From positions 12,958,001-13,022,000 of the forward strand of contig OU015566.1 of assembly GCA_907165135.1 (NCBI GenBank): a DNA stretch of 64,000 bases. The letters run 5' to 3'. Below, piece by piece: positions 48,702 through 59,131 of the stretch. Position 1 is the first letter of the stretch, and each line of letters begins with the position of its first letter. Origin of the DNA: Oikopleura dioica. Its lineage: Eukaryota; Animalia; Chordata. Below the pieces are notes generated by a model, which made no database searches, was not told the DNA's origin, and saw nothing but the letters and a program-made list of their open reading frames with translations. A program made the position numbers and the translations under genes.

Positions 48702-51700
48702 TTTTTTCTTGCTGACCTTCGTAAAATAGGAACAGGCTTTGTGTCACATTTTTTTCCCGAAGTACTGTTGGCCCCGGCGTCGCCAGTCGGAGATTTATCA
48801 TCTTTCATACCTTCCATCTGTCGAAGATCTCGGTAATGCGCCTTCTTCGAGCGAGTTCTTGCGGGGGAAGGATCATACTTGTCAGAAGTATATGCCGGCA
48901 ACGACGAGAGAGAAGATCGCGGGGTCGACTATGAATAATGCTCCACAAACACAAAAATAAATCAGAACACTTACATTTTGATTCTTGCCACCGCCCGATC
49001 CGTTCTTGGCTGCTTCTTCCGCCTGAACTAAGCAAGCATTGTTTGCCCCGGCGTTGTCAGTTGGAGATTCATCATCTTTCATACCTTCGAGCTGTCGAAG
49101 CTCTTGGTTATGCGCCGTCTTCGAGCGAGTTCTTGCGGGGGAAGGATCATACTTGTCAGAAGTCTTGCCAGAGCCTGATCCGTTCTTGGTTGCTTCTTCC
49201 GACTGAACAACTTCTTGCTGCTAAAATAACATTTAAAACAATTCAAGAAGATCACATTACAATGGAAACTTACATTTTGAAGAGCTGGAGCTTCTGTTTC
49301 ATCGTGAGATACAGCGGTAAAATCATTAGCGACTTTGTTTTCCCGCTGTCCATCATCATCTGCGGTCAGACCACGCAAACGGGCACGTCCTTCACGCAGG
49401 TACTCTTCCATGGCTTTCTTTTTCTTGATATAATGATCAAGCTTTTCCTCACCCTCTTTTAGAATCGTATTAGGAGAGGAAGCGCGGTCTTTCTCCGAAG
49501 TATCCACTTTCTTTTTGGGCGTCCTTTTTCTTCAGAACTCTACCTTCCTTTGCGGCCTTCTCTTCTCGAGCTTTCCTTTTCTTTTCCAGGCGTTCGTGTT
49601 CAGCAAGCTTCTTCTTATTATCCCTCTCGTCATCTCTAAGAGTTTGAGCCGCTTCTCTTTCCAATCTCTCTCGTTCCAAGCATTGTTCCATTGTAGGCTC
49701 AGGTCGACCTTTATCGAGGCATTTCAGGGCAGCCCTCACGTCTTTCACAGTTTCATTTTGATTGGAATCCGTAGGCAAAGTCTTCTCGATGTCTCGAATC
49801 TGACGGATACAATCAATTTCCGACATTTTAAGGCTATAAGAGCCGGGAACAATATCATCAAGTCGAACGTTCTTCTGGGGCACATACTTAAAATACATTT
49901 ATTTAGATACTTTGAATAACAATCAATGTTACCTGGGTTTTTCGGAGCGACGCATTTTCGCGTTTCCGACGATTAAACTCATGAGAAGCAAGATCGGATT
50001 TGTTGACCAATTCAAGCGCGGTATTAAAGCCTTGATTATCTGGATTTTGTCGATCAAAAGGCTAGACAATTTTCAAAAATAGAAATAAGAGCCAAACAAA
50101 CCTTTCGTAAATCAGTGCTAGCAGGCGAAGAAAGAAAAGGTATCTTCGAGGGCAAAATACCAGCAGCGGGATCGTGAAGCGTTGGTGATGGTGGTGCATT
50201 ACCCATTGAGAAGTTATCTTCTTCAGCATCGAAACATTCCAGGTCCTATATATTGTACTGTAAAGAAAAAAAGAAAAAAAAAATACCGTATCTTCCAATC
50301 TCAGTTGAGACTGATTCAAATATTCATATCCAGGGAGATATTCAGATGATTCTAGATCCTAAGAATCATAAATAAACATATTAATCATGAAAGTAAATAC
50401 CGGATCAGTTTGTCTCAACTGAGAAAGATTCAAATAGCCGCCGGATGAATCATGCTTGGAGGAGTAAGATTGAGAACTAGTTTCATCACTCTATCCAAAA
50501 ATGACGTGATTTATTTTTTTTTTATTTAACGGAAAAAAACAACTAACACCCTACCTTCTGCATCGTTGAAGGTGCATCGTTTGTAAAAAGATGTTCCATG
50601 GGGGCGGGATGAGTCATTGATTTCTTCGTCGATTCAATGACGACGCAAGGATCGCCCACCGAACCAGTTGAAAGATTCTGATGATGCTTAGACTTCTTTG
50701 AAATCTGTGCATGCTTAGCAATCTGATGGGAAATTCCAGTTCGCCCAGAGTCGGCATTCTCTCGCGTCTTTGACTTCGGCGTCTGCAAAGTCTTCACACG
50801 AGGATCATCCACCGAATCGGATGATACATTCTGATGATCCTTTGACTTCTCAGAAGGACCAGTAGAAGCAGGCATTGGTGCTTTGGAAGTTTTGAACTTG
50901 GAAGGACCATCAGACGAAGTAGTGACGCGTGAATTAGAGGTCTTGGCAGGCTGAGTATTTCGGTTTGTGGTGTTTACAGCTGGAGTTCCCATCGCCTTTG
51001 GATCTTTTTTTTGTATGGCGCTCGTCCCGCTGGTGTTAGGTGCTTCAGTACGATCATCAGCAATATTTTTCGCGCGACGAGATTGGCTTTTCGTGCGCCG
51101 TCGAAAATTATATCGGCTAGCATCTTGATCAGTTTGGGACGAGAACATTTGATTCCAGTCGTTAATATTACTCGCAATTGAACGAGCCATCTCTTCTTGA
51201 GCAGGAATCGTAACATTGGGCACAGTCATTTCAGGATCTTGGTCAATCTCAAAATTCAACACAGGCTCGTTAATTTGCATTCGAACGTTGCCATCACCAT
51301 CACGAAGAAACTCAGAACCAATCACAACTTCGTCGTTAATCTCTTCTTGAAACTCGTTTTCTTCTTCTTTCTCGTCGTAGTCGGGCTCGATTGGGCCAGG
51401 GAGTTGCACGCTTGGATCGTGTCTATTCGCCTCGTTCTGGATATGTTCGCTCGCGGCCCCTACGAACTTCGGAGGAAGAGGAATATCCAAATTTTTCTTG
51501 AGTAAATTCATTACACGTGCACGACGGAACAAATGACGCAAATCTTTATTAATTGTCTTCTTGGACGTTCGCTTAAAAGAATGGTAATAACATAATTTCA
51601 AGTAAAAAACAATACCAAAAATTCATCGGCGCAGTTGAGGAGAAATTGATGGAAAATTTCGGGCTCCACTTTGCCGTTTTCAGGCACCTGCTCGCACAAG

Positions 51701-54700
51701 AGAAGATTCCTCTCGATAAAAGCGTCGTGAACAGTCGTGTCGTAAAGGCTGGTTCTCTCGTTGTGCGCCATCAAGTATTCTCGAGTCTTTCTCTCCATAA
51801 ACGAGTGCAGAAGCTTCAAATCAGTATCGAAACTAGCAGTAGACTAAAGCAGAAATAAGTTTAGATAGAACCCCAAGATTTACCCTGTAGAAAGACTTGC
51901 GGTACTCATTCGCAAGGCTAGAGTGAAGAACTTCGGAAGGATTGGTCGAGAGTACTACTGGAAACTGTCCAAGAAGCCGGTACTTTAGCAGCGGATAAGA
52001 ACTGAATCTTGTTCCCCAAATGGTCACGAGGACCTTTCGAACAAATGACATTAGGTACAATTTGATCCTATTGCCATAGTTTGGAGTGGGCAAAAGCACA
52101 GCGGCGAGATGAACAATCATTGAAACAACAATGTCCGGACGAATCATGGTCTAATAAATCAACTTGATTCAATAACAAAGGAAGAAAAACTTACTGTAGA
52201 CGCGATAAAAAATACCATGAATCGAATCTCTGTACAGGCCTGGCGCAGATGAAATTTGGATTTAAGACATCGGAAGATCGCTCTAAAAGTTATTATGTTA
52301 AAAGGGGAAAATGGCAAAAATAATGTACCTGATAATGTGCACTATGCATAATACACTGATAGACCGAATACCATAGACCGACATTGCTGACTCCCAGCCT
52401 TTAATGAGCGAGGTCTCCGAGTCCGATTGCATGATACACTCCTGAAAAATGTGGCCGGGATGCAAGGTAGCTAGAATTCGGTAGAAGCTGGCGAATGCTT
52501 GTTTGTAGTGGTCGGAATGCTAAATCAAATTGCTCGCGCTGCTCGCTTGTATATTAATTGTATGTGATATAATATAACACTAATAGCAAATTAATTGTTT
52601 ACCTGGGAGATTTGGTATATTGCGCCAAGCATCTCCAGCTCCTCTCCTTTCGTCAAGCTGGACACATAACCCTGGACAGTCGTCAACTGAGCAAATCCTC
52701 CTCCAGGGGTAAAAGTTCCGTCAAGCATGATGCGAAACAGGGACTTCTGTGGGATGCGCTTCAAAAGGGAGATACTGCCAACTAAACAAAAAAAAAATCA
52801 TATAATAAGTGAATCCAACGCAGCCAAATACCTATAAGGCAGCATTCATCCCGATAGAGAACCCATCGGTCTTTTATTTCAGTCCCATTGATATGGAAAC
52901 TCAAATTTGAAAGCGCCCTTGGGATCATTTCGTGGTCGGGATCTCGATTCTCGAGCTGCTTACCAGGTCGACGCTCGTTGTAATATCTTATGATAAAAAT
53001 AAAAATGCATGTCTAACTTAAAATCTCATATTACCTGGCGAACAACTTTCTTGCGTAATGAGATCGAGGATGAGCCGGGGACCATGAACCGTATCTTTCT
53101 TTCACCACTTTTTCGTAAGCTTCCACGCAGCGTGAATTAACCAAATTGTCACCATCAGCAGCAGCGCCACGGATAAATTCCTCAAATGTTTTTTCGGCGA
53201 TGTCCATGTAACCAAATGGAGTGCAGCAATGGCTAACTGTCGGCGAGTCACAAAACGCATAGTTCTAAAAGAAAGTGTCAATACAGAAAATAGTCGGATA
53301 AAATTACCCTGTAACAAGCTGGAGCTTCGGGGCGTGCATAACAGAAGAAATCTTTCCAGTACTCCTTTTTAATTTTATATTTGCCGTCCTTGTCTTCGTA
53401 AAGGATATCCTCGCAATGGATAAAAAATCGCTGTTTACCACTACAGTACGGCCGGTTGCATGTGTAATAGGCATAGAAAAGACCAAAAACCCTAAAAAAT
53501 AAGGTATTTAGCGCAGGGACTCAGGAATAATCTCACGTTTTTCTTATCTCCAGTAATCGCATGGGAAAGACAACAACCGGCCCAAGATGGTTGGTTATAG
53601 GAGCGTTGGCAAGAAGGTGCAAGTCGTAACTATTAAAAATGAATCACTACCGTTAAACAGATTATTACCGAACCAAAGCTGCTGGATTTTTTTTCGTTGA
53701 AATGTAGGCCAGCAGAACGGACACCGCACAATCGCCAGGAATATCGAAATACGTTCTTCGATCAACGATGTACTCCAGACCGTAATGAGCAGAAAACTGA
53801 CAAAAGTCAAATTGCTTCGGGTCGCCAATTGGACATACATCGATGGGAACCGGAATGAAAAACGAATTCATAACACGATGGCCATCATCGCCGACTTCGG
53901 CATCGTATAAATTCGTGTTTCTTTCAATTCCACCGTTATCATTCTCGTCATCGGACAAAGGCGAAGGAATATCAGCGAAAGAAGGCCCGGCAGATGAAGC
54001 ACTAGAACGAGTACCACCATTCGCAGGAGGAGGAGGAAGACGAGGATCATCGGAAAAGGGCGCCTTCTGACCTCGCTTGTCTTCAAAGTGGACAGACTTC
54101 GATGCAGTTTTAACTGGGCGCCCAGGCTCATTTATTCGTTTGTCACTCTTTTTATTCGCTCCATCTGCTCGTGACGGCTTGTTTTTGTCAACAAAAGTTT
54201 TTTTCTTTGGCACAACCTTCGGACGGACGTTCTTTTTTCTAGGGGGGATGTTTTCATTCTCGTCAACATCGCGAGGATTCTTTTCTTTCTTTTTCCGTTG
54301 GCCAGAATCGTCTCTTTGAGAGGTGTTGATACCAAACTGGCTTACCATTGGCATCCGTTCCTCCAACCGTCTCTGACTTTGAGTGATGCTGGGCCTAGCA
54401 GTTTTTGCATCATATTCCTTAGGTGACTTCGTGGCGTCAGCTGCGCTTACAGAGCCTGTATTGTGAGTATTGGTAGTGGGCGCATTGTTAGAACTTTGCG
54501 TGACATCCTTAAAATTAAAAATAAAAAAAAAAAAACGAATTCCAACAAGTAATTATTACCGAAAGAATGGGATGACGCGAACTAAGCTCCTCAAATGAGC
54601 TGTCGCCAGAAGAATCATCAACATTGGAAGGGGTATCGCTAGAAGGTGGGCAAGAGACGTTGGACGCTTTTTTGTTCCTTTTTGGTTTTATCTTCCGCTG

Positions 54701-56044
54701 AAAGAAAGAAAAATGAACTTGATATTGTAAACTAAATTACCTTTTTATGGAGCGTTAATTGAGAAGCAGCCTTCTTTAATTGTTCGTCGGAAACAATCCC
54801 ATTTTGATTTCCAATAACTAACATAGAGTATTGCAACTCTTTTCTATCGTCCGACTTCTTCTGAGAAGGGGTTCGCTCGTCCCCACTGTCAGTTGAAAAA
54901 AGAGGCCCAGAATTATCAGATGAAGATTGGGATTCCTGAAATTAAATTAAAAGAAGCAAATGTAAAAATTCAACCTGAAAAAGCGAAAACATTTGTGGCC
55001 TTTCATCTCGGCGAGACGACGGGGATGCAGCAGTTTTCGTGGACTGACTATCCCGGTCGTTTCTCGGGGAAAACGGTTCAACTGTAGCAATGGGACGAGA
55101 AGATTGACTATCACCCGACGGCCTTCGAGTAGGAGGAAAAACTGCTTGGGAAGGGGCAGTAGATTGTCCTTCGCCTTCGTGAATCGGTTTCGAGCCAGCA
55201 GATGTTCCAACGGACAAGTCCGAAGTTGGTCGCACGCCAGACGTAGAAGTTTTGGGAGACGAACGCATAGAAACGGCAACATCGTTCCCAGAGGCATTGA
55301 TACGAGCAGATACTGCTTTACCATCGGGCGAATGGAACACTTCTTTCGTCTGCGAAACTTTCTTAATCTGAAGAGCCGGCACATCATCAGACGGATAAAA
55401 TTTATCATTTTGAAGTATTTGATTGGCTGTAGTTTCACAGCCCGCCTTCTCGAAATACGAATCGTCAACACCCAACATAGGGTTCTTTGCCTTCCGCCGA
55501 GCACGGATGATCTTCTTCGGGCCGGAAGTCTCTGTCACTTTGCCATGGTGGCTAAGCCAGTTCAAGTGCCGCTGTTGTTCAGGCAATACTTTCTCCAGGC
55601 TTGAAGGTTTGTTGAGAACATCGTTGAAGCGAGTAGAATCACGCAAACGTTCCGCGTAAGAAACATGATCGTGACGGCGAAAGATACTAGAATCCTTGGA
55701 AAAAAATTAACTTGCGACCTGTCAAAATAGAATACCTCAGTTCGATACGATTCGTGAAATTGACGCGCGAACGGGGCAAGTGATGCATTACTCACACCAC
55801 TTCCAAGAGACAGAGGAATCGGCGTTGATGACTTAGAACGAGTGTCAACATGGTCGGCCGTAACATTTGACGAGGCAGAAGACGCGGCCTATAAATATGA
55901 GCTCAAAAATGACGGATTATTTGTAATAAATCCCTTGCACAAAACTTCAAAATATTAAACACAAACCTCATTTCTAGAACGGCCGTCTTCTCTTTGTTTC
56001 CGCCTTTCAGCAGCAAGCTTTATAATTTTATCTCGAGCACTCAT
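48698..56044 (-). CDS. Very large multi-exon MULE (Mutator) DDE transposase with long disordered N- and C-terminal extensions
   Basis: Zn-finger-like YYTCNRPYC..H.C (53.2-53.5 kb); MLDGTF (52711-52722), FAQLTTVQG, MQSDSE (~52420), CIVH (CxxH, ~52345), STNPSEVLHSSLAN (~51935). In-frame splices join these to ORF 50543-51601 and onward to 48698, and upstream to ORFs 53665-54366 and 54942-55646. Distal exons are less certain. Confidence 0.85.
48772..49208. repeat. Two-copy ~274-bp tandem duplication in the transposase C-terminal exons
   Basis: TCTTCGAGCGAGTTCTTGCGGGGGAAGGATCATACTTGTCAGAAGT at ~48844 and ~49119; encodes TSDKYDPSPARTRSK..GMKDD.SPT..AGAN twice. Confidence 0.85.
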
Positions 56045-56331
56045 GAAAAAGTCATGATTTTCCCCGGACAAAAAAGAAAGAAGTAGTAAGTTCTTTAGCC
56101 AGCCAATGAGAGAGGCGGAGCAAACGCGCGGGCGGTTTGAAAAAAAAAGGAAATGAAAAGATTACTCATGCAAGTACATACACAGCCTGGCATATAATTC
56201 ACAGCTACTGCCATAGATATAAACTATCTGACAAACGTTGTAAGTACCATGCATGTGGGCCGTCATTATGTACCCCTATTCTTCTTCTAGTTTCCGCTAG
56301 TATTATGCGGCAGAAATTCAACTTTTTCTTT

Positions 56332-57069
56332 GCAGTACAATTAAACGCACATTCGAGAAAAAACGTAAAAAACGCTATATAGGCCATCATTAAATTGCCC
56401 TTGTGTAATCTACCCCCGCCCCGCCCCTAGCTACCAAAATATAGTCCCCCTATTTTATTAGATTTTGGGGCATCAATTCTTGTTTTTTATTTCGCAGTAC
56501 AATAAAACACACTTTTGGGAAAAAACATGAAAAACGCTATATAGGCCATCATTAAATAGCCCTTGTGTAATCTACCCCCGCCCCGCCCCTAGCTACCAAA
56601 ATATAGTCCCCCCATATTTTGTTAAATTTGGGAATATAAATTGTAGGGATTTGCGCGCGCCGCGCGCATTAAATAAAAATTGTATAAGAAATTATATATA
56701 ATTTATTGTATTTTTTTAATTTAGTTCATTAATATTATTAAAAAATAGGGATTTGCGCGCGCCGCGCGCATTATATAAAAATTGTATAAAAAATAAAATA
56801 TATTTTTAAAAAAAAAATAGAAATAAAATTTATTCTAGCCCTATTAAATCTTGATTTAAAATTTCGCCATTGTATCACTGTACTTGTATTAGTGTACAGC
56901 ATTGTATCACTGTACTTGTATTAGTGAAGACAAAAAAATTGTGTTCACTATTACAAGTACAGTAAAACAGAAGTACAGTGATACAATAACGTCGAAAGTA
57001 CACTAATACAAGTACAGTGATACAATTTTCCACTGTACACAAATACAAGTACAGTAATACGGGGTACTC
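56332..57069 (-). repeat. Right terminal inverted repeat (~740 bp, modular)
   Basis: Reverse complement of 30844-31558 with the same three modules; inner modules nearly identical, terminal array more diverged. Confidence 0.92.
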
Positions 57070-57077
57070 TTAAAAAC
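57070..57077 (+). repeat. Right target-site duplication TTAAAAAC
   Basis: Directly follows the terminal ..GGGGTACTC. Confidence 0.85.
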
Positions 57078-58108
57078 GAGAATACGAAAATATATATTCC
57101 AACGATTCTTCAGAATAAAATCTACGCCTCTAAAGCTGCGCTTGTAAAAGGCCAGTTGAATATTTTCGGCGGCTATCAGAGACGGAAACTAGTAAACTGA
57201 TCTTTGAAATTCCTTATTGACTATTTTTAGATTATTGTTCTTGATGGATGCGAATTGAGGCTTCTCCCAATTCGACTTCTGAATCAATATTATGGTGGAA
57301 GCGCGGCGCTCTCAATTTCAAACGGAACTGAAGGTTCCTCGCATTAATATGTTTTTTTACAGTTTTCAGCTCTTGTTTGTTTTGATGTTTCAACGGACAA
57401 GAAGTGCGAGATTTTTAACGGCATCGCTGTAGAAGAAGTCGCATTTGAACTAAGAAAAGGACACTGGGCAGGTGGACTTGCTCATTATAAAGGACGGCCA
57501 ACAGCAGTTGCCGGAATGGATTTTCCTGACTCAAACGGAGGATACACGGAAACCTTGACTAAAGATGGCTGGGAAAAACTTCCTCCTCATCCAAGGTTAT
57601 TTTTATAAGTAAATTTTTATTGAGCGTTTTTTAGAGCAACAGAAGATGTTACTGTTGTTGGATTGCCGTCGGGATCAATCGCTACATTCGGAGGTTGGGA
57701 TGCAGATGACGCAAAAGTTTCGAAGGAGATTTTCTTGCTGAATGAATCTAAATGGACGATAATGGGAAATTTACTTCAGGTGAGTTCATTCCAGAGTATT
57801 TTCATAATCTATATTTTCAGCGTTTTCTCGGTGGATCAGTTACTCTTATCGACAAAACTATTTATGTTTTCCCTGGAGAGAGCAGAGATTCAACTCGATT
57901 GATTCAACGACTGCAACTAGGGAAGGTTGATAATTTTTTCAAGAAATTACTTTTAAAAATCTTCCGATAATCTTAGTTGAGGGGGTAGAGCAAGATTTTT
58001 CCAAAAAAAACATAGAAACTGAACTAATTGCCCTGAACGCGCTAAGTAAGAAATACAGACTGAGCGCTCTCAGCACGGCAGAACACTCCGATCGCCGATC
58101 GGGCTAAT
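57078..58108 (+). pseudogene. 3' part (Kelch-like beta-propeller exons) of the interrupted host gene
   Basis: ENTKIYIPTILQNKIYASKAALVKGQLNIFGGYQRRKL continues the frame of 30550-30843; next exons LVCFD..KCEIFNG, GLAHYKGRPTAVAG, SIATFGGWD..IFLLNESKWTIMGNL, KTIYVFPG are propeller-blade-like. Confidence 0.7.
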
Positions 58109-59131
58109 TTGGGATCTTGGGACATGAATTGTCATGTCACATGATTTCCGAAATTAAGAAACTCCTAATATTCCAACACTAGAAACATCTGGTTTTAGCC
58201 CCTTGCGGAAAAAATGATCAACTGATGTTAAAGACGGAGACAATATTGTTGCAATCGAGGTTGTTGGAGAACATGATAAAACTTATACTACACCAATTCT
58301 CTTCTTTTCGTCGTCGAATTTCTGCACTGCAAAACATGATTGACGTCCTAATCAGGGCTGGCAAATTGGAGTCCTACTATCCGTACTTACATAAAATAGG
58401 TCGGGTCACTTAAACCCCGACAGTGTCGATTTGGCCGAGTGTCAGCGCCGACCCTAGGTACTGACTCCGTACTGCCTGAAGTGCAGGCTGATAGGTCCGT
58501 CAGTCAACGTGGCTGATTCAAAAAATAATAGAAATCAGTACAGATTAGGATGAAAAAACGTCCTGACTCGTGACAAATATTAGTAAGAACCACAACCATT
58601 TTTTAAGTACGGCCGTCGACGCCCCAATTTGTCAGCCCTGGTCTTAATCAATAAAATTTTCTTTGTATAAGATGATTCTATCTATTAATCAACTGTTTCT
58701 TCAATAAGAAATCCCCCCCCCCCCCGCTAAAGTTCAATTCAACTGCTCCTTCGAGGAGATTTTTTTCGAAAAAAACCATTAATTGTCGTAAATATAACCA
58801 AAGAGTCACTTCTTGAGTTGCGAAAACTTCGATTCTTTTAGAAGATTTTGATTCATAAATGAAGAATTTTTCAATTACCAAAGTCTATGAACAAATTTTG
58901 CTAGACTTTAAAAGTTTAATCTGTCCGAGGAATTATCATTAGCTGGCACCTGTATGTCCACGTGTGAATAACGCGTTTGAGAAGATAAAGCTTATTTTAA
59001 CCAAAGCATGTGGCTTTAACAGGCTGATTGCTCTGTGATAAAGCCTTTATCGTTGCGGTTTATGCCGGCGAATGGTATAAAAAAAGCATTCAGAGCAAAG
59101 CTGTCAATCAAATTAATAAGCTTCTGAAGCT

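Larger units (their letters stand above)
30844..57069 (-). mobile_element. Giant (26,226 bp) Mutator-like DNA transposon carrying DNA-replication genes
   Basis: Long inverted termini (GAGGGCACCGTATTACTGTAC.. versus rc GAGTACCCCGTATTACTGTAC..), 8-bp TSD, MULE DDE transposase, and host ORF restored upon excision. Confidence 0.9.

Noticed and set aside
56137-56390. Short ORFs at the inner edge of the right TIR
   Set aside because: They overlap TIR repeat modules, show no protein-like features, and have no counterpart in the left TIR.
30844-57069. Polinton/Maverick, Helitron or endogenous virus interpretation of the giant element
   Set aside because: I found no pPolB, retroviral-type integrase, packaging ATPase, capsid, or Rep-helicase. 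The ends are not AG..CT with a 6-bp TSD, nor TC..CTRR. The DDE core has MULE signatures (DGTF, CxxH, TN..E). A remote viral ancestry of the cargo is not excluded.
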